Positions 33,102 to 44,059 of a DNA stretch of 64,000 nucleotides are shown one piece after another; the first letter of the stretch is position 1; every line of letters starts with the position of its first letter. A program made the translations under genes and the position numbers. The notes beneath the pieces are model-generated. The model was not told where the DNA came from, ran no database searches, and saw nothing but the letters and a program-made list of their open reading frames with translations. The DNA comes from Spiroplasmataceae bacterium (lineage in GTDB: Bacteria; Bacillota_I; Bacilli_A; Mycoplasmatales; JAYUTB01): the NCBI GenBank assembly GCA_043756005.1, contig JAYUTB010000008.1:2316-66315 (forward strand). Direction: 5' to 3'.

Positions 33102-35597
33102 TTAAAACAGATCTTTTTCATATTGATCAACTGTAATTTTTACTTTATTCATGATATTGTCTGAAGCAATTAATAAACACTCACCACGGTGTAATTGATT
33201 AATTTGTGAAATCACCAGTTGGTTTTTAATTGATTTTTTTAAAAGAGTATCAAAATTATTAACATCACCATCATTTAAATTAAAAACCAACATGGTTTGC
33301 GCGTTGTTTAAAATACTTTCGGTTTTAAAACTATGGCTAATATTGACGAAATCTTTAATGTTTTGACTAATAATAATTGTGCCACCTTGATATTTTCTAA
33401 TGCGTTTTGTTAAATTAAAAATAAAATTAAGGGGTTGATAGTGATAATTATCGGCAAATTGATTGATTAAAACATGAGCTTCATCAATCACAATGTATAT
33501 ATAATGAGATTGTTGATTGAGTTGATTAGCTAAGCGATTTTTTAAAACTTCTTTTTCAACATAATAAAAAATTAAAAACAACAATGCTTTACTAAATGAA
33601 TTGTTATAACTAGTTTGTAAAGAACTAATATCAAATAATGTAATACTTTTTTGTAAATTTAAATTAGTATGACAATTAAAATAACTGGTTTTGGTAAGTA
33701 AGGGTTTGAATAATTCAGCTAATTCAAGATTAATTTTGGTTGCTTCACAAACTAAGCAATTATATAAATCTTGCAAAACTGGAAAATCAGCGCTGGTTAA
33801 ATAAGCAAGCTCACTAAAATTATCAATTTCTTTATCTTTATACATTTGATATAAAAAAGTCGTTAATACATCAAGTTTGGTTTTATTTAAAAAAGGAAAT
33901 AAAATATTAAATCAGATTTGTAAAAAAGCAATATGATTGTCCAACTTTAAATGATTGTCAAAATATATTTCAAAAGGATTAATATAAATATTTTTATTTT
34001 GAAAATCAATAATATCACCTTTTAATGAAGTGACAATGTTGCGATATTCTTGTTCTGGATCAATAATGATGATTTTGTTTTGATTTAAAACAGCTTGTTT
34101 AATAATTTTTTTAGCCGCAATTGTTTTTCCTGAACCACTTTTACCAAGAATAACGATATTATGATTAATCCGTTGTTGATTTAAAAGATCAGGATTAAAG
34201 ATAATATGACTTTGATTTTGTTGATTAATACCTAATATTAAACCTTGTTTATCTTGATATTTTTCATATGCAAAAGGTCAAAACGCAAATCAAGTAGTTG
34301 ATAATATTTCTTGATGATGATAATTATAAAATAATGGGCGAGGTTGATTTCATTGCAGGCATTGTTTTAAAGCAGTGGATTGTTCAAAAAATAATTCGTT
34401 AATCATGAAGTTTTGTAGTTGTAATTGATTAGTAATTTGAGTAAATGTTTGTTTTAATTGTTTTTTGTTATCGGCTTTGATAACAAAAAACAAATTAGTT
34501 GCATAAATTTCTTGATTAGTGGTAGCAACTTCATTAATAATTTTTTCAAAATTTGTTTGCAAAGAATGATGTTGATTAATCAATTTGTCGGTAGTGTCAG
34601 TTGCTAAATTATTGATGGCTTTGGTAACTTGTTTTTGAAAATTAAGTTTATTAATGGTGTGTCATGACATGTAATAGTTTAAATTAGCTAATGATTCATA
34701 TTTTGATAATCATTGTGGCGAAATATGAACTGGGTAATCTTCAATAGTAAAAAATTTATAATAAGTAGTATTAATTTTTAAGCAATTAAATTTACTAGTA
34801 ATTTTAACGTTCAAATCGGTAACGTTATAAAAATTTAATAATATTTTGATAGTTTCAGGAGCGGCCAATATTTTTGGAAACAACGGCAAATCATGATTAT
34901 TTAACAAAGCTTTATGTTCTTCAAAAGCAATTTTTAAATTTTTTTGATCAGGACTAGTTAAAATAATACTTATTAAAGGTTCAGTTAAAGTGGTTGTTAA
35001 GTTTTGGTATTTTGCTAATTCCAACATTAACAAATGTTTATAATCTTGATTGGTAACTATTAATTGTTGAATGTAATCAATTTGATCTTGTCAATTTAAT
35101 GGTTGGGTTAATTTAACAATATTAATGTTAATGTTATGTTTTTCGATTAATTTGAATGAATTAGTGATGATTTGAATTAATTGGTTTTTTTGCTGATCGT
35201 TAAAATTATGGAGATTATAATGATTGATAGTTAAAAACATTACGTAGTTGTGATTGATTTTAATAGTTTCATGGTTATTAAGTGGTTCTTGAAAAATTGA
35301 TCAGATTTTATTAAAAGTTAGGGTTTTTATTTTTTTAATTAAAAATAAAAACATGAGAATTAATAATTTATAACCTTTGATGTTGAAGGTGGGAATATTA
35401 ATTACCAACATGAAACATAAACTAAATCAAAAACACATGATCATGATTTTGATTCAAAATAACACATGAAATTTAAAAATTAAAAAAGCTAGTAAAATAA
35501 AGATAAAAATTAAACAACCATCGGGCAATGTAAAATTTTTAAAAATCTTTAATTTAATTTTGTTAATTTTTTTACATATTAAATATTCATGATTCAT
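33102..35597 (-). CDS. VirB4/TraE-like type IV secretion ATPase with N-terminal TM (VirB3-like) segment
   Basis: Four track ORFs in one frame (831 aa). Walker A ILGKSGSGKT, IIIDPEQEY and Walker B YIVIDEAHVL are typical of the VirB4/TrsE/TraE family. Two to three N-terminal TM helices. Confidence 0.85.
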
Positions 35598-35875
35598 ATA
35601 ACAACCACATATTATATATCTCTTAAAATGCAAACTTTTCCTTAAATATTTTTTTTATTTAAAAAAAATATTTATATAACGCAATGAAAATAATCTATGT
35701 TGGGAGATAATTATAGGTAAACAAAAACTAATTAATGTTTATTTTGATAAAAAACAATGCAAGATGTGTAATAAAAATTATTTATTGTTGGCCTTTTTAA
35801 TATGTTGATAAATAGATTGTTTAACGATGGAATGGTAATTATTGGTGATGTTTTAATCAAAATCAACATAAAAAC

Positions 35876-35935
35876 TTGACTTTATATATATATATATATA
35901 AAATAAAAATAACTTATGTAAAGGAAGTTATTTTT
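35876..35935 (+). promoter_or_regulatory. promoter/leader cassette with (TA)9 and SD-overlapping hairpin
   Basis: TTGACT 35876-35881, (TA)9 35883-35900 (17-nt spacer to TAAAAT), AAATAAAAA, hairpin AATAACTT/AAGTTATT 35908-35932 overlapping AAGGAAG, ATG 35936. Confidence 0.7.
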
Positions 35936-36178
35936 ATGAAAAAATTATTGAAATTTACAAACCTAAATAAAGTAGTTTTATTTAGTTTGGTGACAATTCC
36001 GGTAGCTGCTATTTTAATGACGGCAAATGCTTGTCAAGGACCAACAGGACCAGCAGGATCTAAAGGTGAAACAGGAGCAGTAGGACCTAAAGGTGAAACA
36101 GGAGCAGTAGGATCTAAAGGTGAAACAGGAGCAGTAGGACCTAAAGGTGAAACAGGAGCAGTAGGACCTAAAGCGTAA
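35936..36178 (+). CDS. small collagen-like (Gly-X-Y)n putative lipoprotein
   Basis: [33 protein letters not shown] (signal peptide ending in Cys) is followed by 15 uninterrupted G-X-Y triplets ([18 protein letters not shown]...). SD AAGGAAG lies upstream and a strong terminator follows. Confidence 0.75.
   Translation: MKKLLKFTNLNKVVLFSLVTIPVAAILMTANACQGPTGPAGSKGETGAVGPKGETGAVGSKGETGAVGPKGETGAVGPKA
36065..36172 (+). repeat. 27-nt tandem repeat x4 (GETGAVG[PS]K)
   Basis: GGTGAAACAGGAGCAGTAGGA[CT]CTAAA starts at 36065, 36092, 36119 and 36146. Confidence 0.95.
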
Positions 36179-36210
36179 AGTAAGTTAAATTTAACTAATA
36201 ACTAAACCTA

Positions 36211-36248
36211 ATGTTAGAGTTAAAATTTATAAATTTTAACTCTAACAT
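36211..36248. terminator. 18-bp perfect stem hairpin
   Basis: ATGTTAGAGTTAAAATTT-AT-AAATTTTAACTCTAACAT, located 33 nt after the collagen-like gene stop. Confidence 0.8.
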
Positions 36249-36660
36249 GAAATTAAGCTGTTAATTAATATTATTTAATTTTAGAAATCTTTTTTAAAAT
36301 TTTAAAAAAGATTTCAATTTTATTTGTGTTTTAATAATCTTTGTATATTTATATTATCACTGATTTTTTTAATATCATAAATCAATATTATATAACAATC
36401 GCCGTTATTTGAAATCTATAACTATTATAAAATAACAATCTTTTTTTGTATATTTATAATTTTTTTTAAGGACATCTTTTGTAATAATTTTGCCAATTAT
36501 ATGTCCACCTTTTAATGATTAATAACCTGTGCTAGTGATTTTAATTTGTATTCTTAAAAATACCCGTCTACAATAACATCATATTTAATGTTTGTTACAT
36601 CTACTCTACAATATTAGTTTTATAATAAAAAAAATTGATATCAACATTTGCTTCTAACAT

Positions 36661-36899
36661 TTATTGTATAGAAGATATACATTGTTTTTCATTTTTCAAT
36701 CCTACAATATAAAGTCTTTCTCTGTTTTGAGGCATATTTGAATAATTAGTTGTATTTATAATTTTGAATTTGATGTATATCTTAAATCTATTAATTTGTT
36801 TAAAATAGTAGCAAACGTTTCTTCGTTTTTATGAGGTTTTAAATTTTTCACATTTTCTAAAAAATTTTGGTTGTAATTTTTGAACAATTTTAAATACAT
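36661..36899 (-). pseudogene. relic of a C5 cytosine DNA methyltransferase (motifs VI-VIII only, frameshifted)
   Basis: Reverse frames give ...NFLENVKNLKPHKNEETFATILNKLIDLRY then, after a frameshift, IKFKIINTTNYSNMPQNRERLYIVG. These are the ENV and PQxRxR motifs of Dcm-type enzymes. The N-terminal AdoMet/PCQ motifs are absent. Confidence 0.6.
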
Positions 36900-36914
36900 C
36901 AAAAATTAAATCAC

Positions 36915-38333
36915 TTATTGATGATGTTTTAATCAAAAATCATCATCAAAACTTGCTTCGTAGTCTTTAAAAACACCAGTTTCTTGATTGAAATATAAAT
37001 CAACATTACCGACGGTGCCGTTACGATTTTTTGCTAAAATTAATTCAGTAAAGTTCGGATCGAAATTTTCTTGTTTAGTTTGATCATCTTGATAGTTGTC
37101 GTCGGCTTGGGTATCTTTATGATAATAACCGGGTCGATATAAAAACATAATTAAATCAGCATCTTGTTCAATAGCACCACTATCTCGTAAATCAGACATA
37201 ATTGGTTTTTTATTTTCACGACGCTCTACATATCGCGATAATTGTGATAAACAAATAATCGGAATAGCTAAACTACGTGATAATTGTTTTAATTTACGTG
37301 ACATAAAACTAATTTCACGATTACGATCCATATAATCAGTTTTATCAATACTTAAGAGTTGTAAATAATCAATTACAACTAATGAAATATCATGTTTGGT
37401 GGCTAATTGTTTTAAAAAAATATTAATTTTGCTTAACGTAATCGTTGGATCATCAACAATAATAATTTTGGTTTGTTTTAAATTTTCTGAGGTAATAGTA
37501 ATTTGATTTCATTGTCCGGTGGTTAATTTTTTACCATATTTAACACTTGATATATTAATTTTTGACGTAATTTGGAGAATTTTTTCTAAGATTTGATCAT
37601 AAGAAGTTTCTAAAGAAAAGAACACCACGACATTATCTAAATCTAGTTGCACCGCATTAATGACAAAATTTAATGATAAAGTAGTTTTACCCATACTTGG
37701 GCGAGCAGCTAAAATGATTAAGTTGCCTTTTTGAAAACCAGCCGTTAATCGATCTAATTTAGCAATGCCACTACCTAATCCGATAAATTCATAACTGGAG
37801 GCTTCTCACAATTTTAATTGTTCTTGTAACGTTTCGATTTTATCACTAATAAAATCATAAGATTCAATTTTAGTATCTTCAATGAGTTTTTGAAAATAAT
37901 CATGAACATTAGTTAATACTTCACTAATTGGCATAGTTGAATTGACTTGCGTTTCAATGAATTTGATACCTAGTTTTAATTTTCGTTTAATCGACCGATC
38001 CATTAAAATGTCTACATATTCTTTTAATAACACATCAGAATCAATAAAATTTTCAATTAAATAATTTAAATAATGAAAAACATCAGCACTTTCTTTTCAA
38101 AAAGTTTGTTTGATTAAATAATCTTGTAAAATAGTAACATCAACTGTAGTTGAGTCTTCATATAAGGTTTGTAACGCTTTAAAAATTGATTGGTGCTTTT
38201 CACTGTAAAAATCATGAACCGTAAGTTTAGTAAATACTTGATGACAATTATAAGGATTATAAATTAAAGAACCTAAGACACACGCTTCGGCTTCTTCAAA
38301 ATATAAATTTGCAGGAGGATTATTAATTATCAA
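36915..38333 (-). CDS. dnaB: replicative DNA helicase DnaB
   Basis: Four track ORFs in one frame. Walker A ARPSMGKTT and the RecA-like C-terminal domain are present. The TGA at 36933 is Trp and the true TAA is at 36915. The likely start is TTG at 38333, right after the rplI stop. Confidence 0.92.
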
Positions 38334-38339
38334 CCACCA

Positions 38340-38792
38340 TTAAATAATTTCCTGAGCATGAATAATGACTGTAAGTTCAGCAGTGATTTGTTTATTAAGT
38401 TTAATTGGTACTTTAGTTATACCTAACTTATGTAAATTACCGTGATGATGTAGTTGATGTTTATTAATGACAATACCATGTTTGTCAGCTAACTCTTTTA
38501 ATAAATGTTTATGAGAAATGGCTCCAAAAATATGATGATCTTTAGTTTTTAATACAAATTCCAAATTAATTGCTTCAATTTGAACTTTAAAAGCTTGTAA
38601 TGTGACGATGGTTTCATCAACCATCGCTTGTTCAACAATATTGCTCGCTTGTAATTGATGTTTGTTGACAAGTGTTGCTAGCTTGGCAAGCCGATTAGGA
38701 ATTAAACAATTATGAGCATAACCTGTTGATACAACAACAATATCACCAGCTTTACCATAATTAGCCAAATCTTTTAATAAAATAACTTTCAT
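38340..38792 (-). CDS. rplI: 50S ribosomal protein L9
   Basis: MKVILLKDLANYGKAGDIVVVSTGYAHNCLIPNRLA matches the L9 N-terminal domain. Confidence 0.9.
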   Translation of the reverse strand: MKVILLKDLANYGKAGDIVVVSTGYAHNCLIPNRLAKLATLVNKHQLQASNIVEQAMVDETIVTLQAFKVQIEAINLEFVLKTKDHHIFGAISHKHLLKELADKHGIVINKHQLHHHGNLHKLGITKVPIKLNKQITAELTVIIHAQEII

Positions 38793-40819
38793 TAAGCACC
38801 CACTACTTTAGATAATATCGTAATTAACTGCCGTTTTACTTTTTTAATATCGGGTTCATTCATAATTTTAACCGCTCCAGCGTTATAATGACCACCACCT
38901 ACATTGTCAAATTGTTCTAATATAACTTGAATATTAAAGGCGGTTTCGTGTTTGCTGCGCCCCGAAATAATAATATGTTGATTAGCATCATAAGCTAATG
39001 CAAAAACGGCTTCAATTGATTGGGTAGCAATAAATTGATTAGCAATCTTGGCGATAAATACTTTTGAATATTGTTTAGTAGCGCGCGCATCCATTAAAAT
39101 TAAAATATTATTATTAATAATTTGATGATTACTTAAAATAAAATCAGCCATCGATAACATTTCATCTAGATCATTGGTAAGTCATTGATTGACAACATCA
39201 ATATCAGCCCCTCATGATTGTAATAACGCCGATGCTTTTAAAGTATCATGACTGGTATTTTGTTGATAGCGATTCGTATCAATCAAAATACCCGCTAAGG
39301 CAAAATTTCAAATCGCTTTGTTCATTTTTTTCTCTCAGTTTTGATATTCAATTAAACTAACTAACAATTCACTTGTTGAAGAAACAAGCGGATTAATATA
39401 TTCAAATGTACTTTTGATGGAATTAATTGATTTATAATGATGATCAATCACAATAATTTTATCAGTTTTTAAAATAGAATTGATGATTCTAATCAAATCT
39501 TTTTGATTAACATCAACTACAATTGACAACGTATTAACCGTAACTTGTTTAGGGACAAGTTCAGGATGAATCACCCGTTTTGCTAAAAGTGGATGTTGGG
39601 CTAATAAATCAGCAAAGGCTTTTTTAGTAGCATCATCTAATTCACTTTGATCAATGACAATTGATGAAGGCTTACCAATCAATTCACAAATGTTATCAAT
39701 GATTAAACAAGCGGCTAATGAATCAAAGTCGGCATTAATATGACCAGTTACAATAATATTTTTAGCCATACCAATTTCTTGTTGTAATGTTTTAATTAAA
39801 ATACTTAAATTTTCATGAAAAAAATCGACTTTAACTTGTTGTTTTCCCGTAAAATAAGTCATAAAATTTTGTTCACTTTGAATGACAACTTGGTTACCAC
39901 CGCGTAATTTAACAGTTTTTAAATTATTTTGCGCAATTTTAAAATTATCAAATAAAGTTGTTGATTCAAAACCATAAACAATACTAATTGATAAAAATAA
40001 ATATAATTGAAATTTAGTATTAATGTAATGAGGAAATTCTTCTAAAAAATTAAAATTATTAGCGTGCATTAATTCATATTGTGATTTATTAAAAATAAAT
40101 AAATAAGATAAATGTGAATTAGCAATTAATAACGCTTCATATTTTTCTGATAATTTTGTAAAAAACCCTTTAATATCGGCTTCTAAGGCAATGATATTTA
40201 AATTAGTTAACTGGCGATGCAACGTATTATTGTAATTATCAATATCAATCAACATGATAATTTTATTAATATCTTGTAATTGTTTTTGTAATAGTTGGGG
40301 TTTTGAAATATCAACCATTACTAAAGATCGGGTTTGTTTGAAAAATTTAACTATAAAATGTTTATCTTTAATGTTAATTTCTTGGACTTGTTCGTTACTA
40401 ATCGCCACACTTAATTGAGGTGATAATGTATTAATTTTTAAACCTTCAATATCATAGCCTAAAATATGACACGCTTGATTAGTTCATAAAATACGATCAT
40501 GATCATCTAATAAAATTAACAAATTATCAATTTGATGATCTAATATTTCATGAACATTTTTATTTTTAGATGATAATTGTTGTTTATTCATTAATAAGAC
40601 ATGTTTAAACACATAATAATAAACTGATAACACAATTAAATTAGTGATTAGTAATGATAGATTAATAATAATTCAATGTTTATAGTTAAAATTAACAGTT
40701 GTAAAAATTTGCAGTGAAAAAAGAATTGCAAAAACTAAACAGTTAATAAAACAACTTAATGAATAAAAAATTCAAGGTTGTTTGGTAATTTTGATTAAAT
40801 AATGATTATTTCAACGCAA
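38792..40819 (-). CDS. gdpP: GdpP-like DHH/DHHA1 phosphoesterase with N-terminal TM helices
   Basis: Track ORFs 38792-39160 and 39335-40408 plus upstream TM segments share one frame. DHH motifs (GHINADFDS, VIDHH) and DHHA1 (GGGHYNAGA) are present. The position between rpsR and rplI is conserved. The likely start is TTG at 40819. Confidence 0.8.
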
Positions 40820-40824
40820 ATTAA

Positions 40825-41151
40825 TTAATTCACATAAGGCAACAAGGCCATGGTTCTAGCTCGTTTAATAGCACAAGCAACTCTTTTTTGATACTTTAAT
40901 TTTAAACGCGTTTTAAACCTTGGTAAAATAAACAAGCCGGGCGAAATAAATTTTTTTAATAAATAAATATCTTTATAATCAACATAAAATAAATTATTTT
41001 CTTTAAAGTGACATATTTTAGGCGGACGTTTTGGTTTAAAAAAACGTGATTGTGGAAATTCAGGATCAAATGATGGTTTAGTACGCTTATCGTCATAACT
41101 ATTACTGTTTTTTTTGAGATGATGCTTATTAAAAGTTCTTTTTTTTATCAT
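40825..41151 (-). CDS. rpsR: 30S ribosomal protein S18
   Basis: The C-terminal region ...YVDYKDIYLLKKFISPGLFILPRFKTRLKLKYQKRVACAIKRARTMALLPY is S18-like. Confidence 0.9.
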   Translation of the reverse strand: MIKKRTFNKHHLKKNSNSYDDKRTKPSFDPEFPQSRFFKPKRPPKICHFKENNLFYVDYKDIYLLKKFISPGLFILPRFKTRLKLKYQKRVACAIKRARTMALLPYVN

Positions 41152-41160
41152 AATATTTAA

Positions 41161-41709
41161 TTACTCATCAGTTTTTTCAAATGGAGTTTCAAAAAAACCA
41201 TCGTCTTCATCGGCCGGCGTTGGCGTTGGGGGATTATCTACGGGAGGTGTATAAGCGTTTCATGAGCTGTTAGCAGGTTGAGTATAATTAATGTGTTGAT
41301 AATTATTGGGAGTTTGGTTTTGATTGGGTTGGTAATTATAATTATGATTGTGTTGTTGTAATAAATCTTCTTCTAATTGAATACTTGACACAACTACTTC
41401 AGTAATAAAATTAAGTTGGCCATTATCAGTTAAATTATTGTTGTTAGTTGATGATGATGGATCATCATTCACCACACGATTAGATTTTAAACGACCATCA
41501 ATTAAAGCTTTTTTACCACGCCGGTTAACATTTTGACAAACTTTTTGCGCTAATTCTCCTCAAGCCACACATCTTACTAAATCATAAAATTCACGACCTT
41601 GATTAACTCGTTTAACATCTAAATTAAACCGACAATACAAAATCCCATTATTAGTTTGTTTTATAACAACATCATCTTTAAAAGCGCCAAATAATATCAC
41701 TCGATTCAT
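41161..41709 (-). CDS. ssb: single-stranded DNA-binding protein
   Basis: MNRVILFGAFKDDVVIKQTNNGILYCRFNLDV... forms an OB fold, followed by a Q/N-rich linker and an acidic tail DEDDGFFETPF. It extends through TGA to TAA 41161. Confidence 0.88.
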
Positions 41710-41710
41710 A

Positions 41711-42154
41711 TTAAACATCCTCAGTTTCAGCATTTATTTTTAATTCCAATGGTACATCAAAAATATTTTCAAACATATCAACGGCTTGATCATCATCCAA
41801 TTTAGGTTTCTTAAGATTTAATAATTTCTTTCGTTCATCAATGATGTGTTTTTGAGTTTCTCGTTTTAAACCTTGTTCATTATCTAAATTAATAACCATC
41901 ATGCGTAAGAAATCTTGATCAAAAGCCAACACTCGTTTCATTTCTTTAATTTCTTCAAACGTTGCTTTAAGGGTAATCACTAAATAATAACCTTCTAAAA
42001 AGTTTTTTATTTTATAAGCAAGTGGTTTAACTTGTCAATCGTCTCATTTGATGATGTCACTTTTGATAAAAAAATTTTTAATTTTATCAAAAGTGACATC
42101 AACATCAATGGTCGGCTTCATTAAATACATAATTTCGTAATTTACTGTTTTCAT
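41711..42154 (-). CDS. rpsF: 30S ribosomal protein S6
   Basis: MKTVNYEIMYLMKP... at the N-terminus, and the rpsF-ssb-rpsR gene order. Pieces are joined by TGA. Confidence 0.88.
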
Positions 42155-42241
42155 ATTATTATTTTATTGCAAAAAAACTTATTTCCTTATTTTTTTAATA
42201 AGCTTCATAACATATTATATCATTTTTAAAAATGATTAAAT

Positions 42242-43243
42242 TTATTGATCAACATCATTAATTGATGGAAATTTAATCATTTTTAAAAAGGTAATCAATG
42301 CATCTAAATCAATAAAATTAAGACTATATTTATTTTTATTTTTAGTTACTCACAATCCGTCTGGATCAGCTTCTCCTAAAAAATCACTAAATAATTGCAG
42401 ATGATGATTAAGTCGATCTAACTTTCGTTGTTCTAGTTTTTGTTCACTTTCTTTTAAAATTTGTTTGACGGATACATTAGCTGATTTAATTAATTGTTTG
42501 GTTTGTATGATATCTAATTGCGTCAGTGATAATTTATTTAATAATTGATCTAAAAATAACTTGTTATCATGATAAGGTAAAATTAAGCGAGCACATTCAA
42601 TACTTAATTCTCCTTTAAAAATAATTTGTTGTAAGATAAATGGTAATTTTAAAAAATTAAACGATTCTTCAATATCATCACGGGGCAATCATCGCGCAAT
42701 ATCAGCTTCACTTATCCCAAATACATCTTGTAATTTTTGATAAAAGATACCAAGTTCTAAAATATTTAAACAATCAATTACAATTTGTTTTTGAATAATG
42801 TTTCAAACCGCACTGGTTTGTAGCTTTGCTGATTCACCAATTTTTAAAACTAAACACCGGATTGTTGCTTGATTAATGTTACGAATGATTTTATAATATT
42901 TAACACCAATTAATAATTCGTATTTGTGACCATCATCAAACACAATAATTGGATAATAATTATTGTTTTTAATCGAATTCATAAATAAATTATTCTCATT
43001 CAGATTGCTGGTTTTTTTTAATTGATGTGAAACTAAATTAATATGAGCAATTGGTAAATCTTTGATTAAATTTAATAAATAATTGGGTTGATCAGTAGTT
43101 AATGATGATTGATAGGGTGGGGTTGATGCATCAGGTCGAAGATGAGTCGTGTAATTCAAATAATCAAGTTGGTCTTGTAATTTTTGATTAAAAAGTGCAT
43201 CGATTGAATTAATAATGTTTTTTTGATTCTTTTTATTTGCCAT
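42242..43243 (-). CDS. parB: ParB/Spo0J-like partition protein (divergent)
   Basis: Track ORFs 42350-42688 and 42803-43243 share one frame. Its start overlaps the parA stop. Size and position fit ParB, but sequence similarity judged by eye is weak. Confidence 0.65.
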
Positions 43244-44024
43244 GGTTGATTTCTTTCGCTAAACTTAAATAAGCTACGGCGCCGGCAGCTTTTTTATCAT
43301 ATTGAAAAATATCTTGATAATTGGCTGAAGCGTCACTTAAAGCAATGTTACGAGGAATATATGCTTTAAAAACTTTAGTAGTAAAAAGTTTTTTGACTTC
43401 TAAGACAATTTTACTAGCGGTAATTGAACGATCAACCACCATCGTTAATAGTACCCCTAAAATATCTAATTGATTATTAACGGTATTTTTAATTGAAAAA
43501 AACAGATCAATTAATTGTGTTAATCCTTCTAATGAATAAAATTCAGTTTGTACCGGAATAATAATTTTATCCACTGATGCTAAAATAACTTTATTTAAAG
43601 ACACTAATGATGGTGAACAATCAATAAAAATATAATCATAGGCAACTTTTAGTAACGTTAATTGATATTTAAAATGGTCAATTGATCCATGAAAGTTATT
43701 AGCAGTAATTTGTTCCATATGAGCTAAGCGATTGGTAACGGGTATTAAATCAACATTAGTCGTGATATTTGGTATAACAGCTGTAAAAGGATCAATGTCA
43801 GCACATAATACATTATAAATCGAACAATCAATGGTATTTTTTTGAACTCCAAAACCAGTTGTACAATTACCTTGCGGATCCATATCAATTAATAATACTT
43901 TTTGTTTTAAAATGCCTAAGGCGGCTGATAAATTGACTGCCGTAGTTGTTTTACCAACCCCACCTTTTTGATTAATAACCGCAATAATTTTATTAATAAT
44001 AAAAATACCTAATCATCTATTCAT
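43233..44024 (-). CDS. parA: ParA/Soj-family ATPase
   Basis: Deviant Walker A NQKGGVGKTTTAVNL and the LLIDMDPQGN motif. ATG at 44024. Confidence 0.88.
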
Positions 44025-44059
44025 TAATTATTTTAACATAAAAAAATGTTTTATAATGA

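Noticed and set aside
29264-36914. Calling the whole ybeY-dnaB interval an integrative conjugative element.
   Set aside because: I could recognise no integrase or DDE recombinase, relaxase, coupling protein (VirD4/TraG) or terminal repeats for the full interval. Only the internal 35839/36915 repeat pair is visible. I report it as a T4SS-like module of uncertain origin instead.
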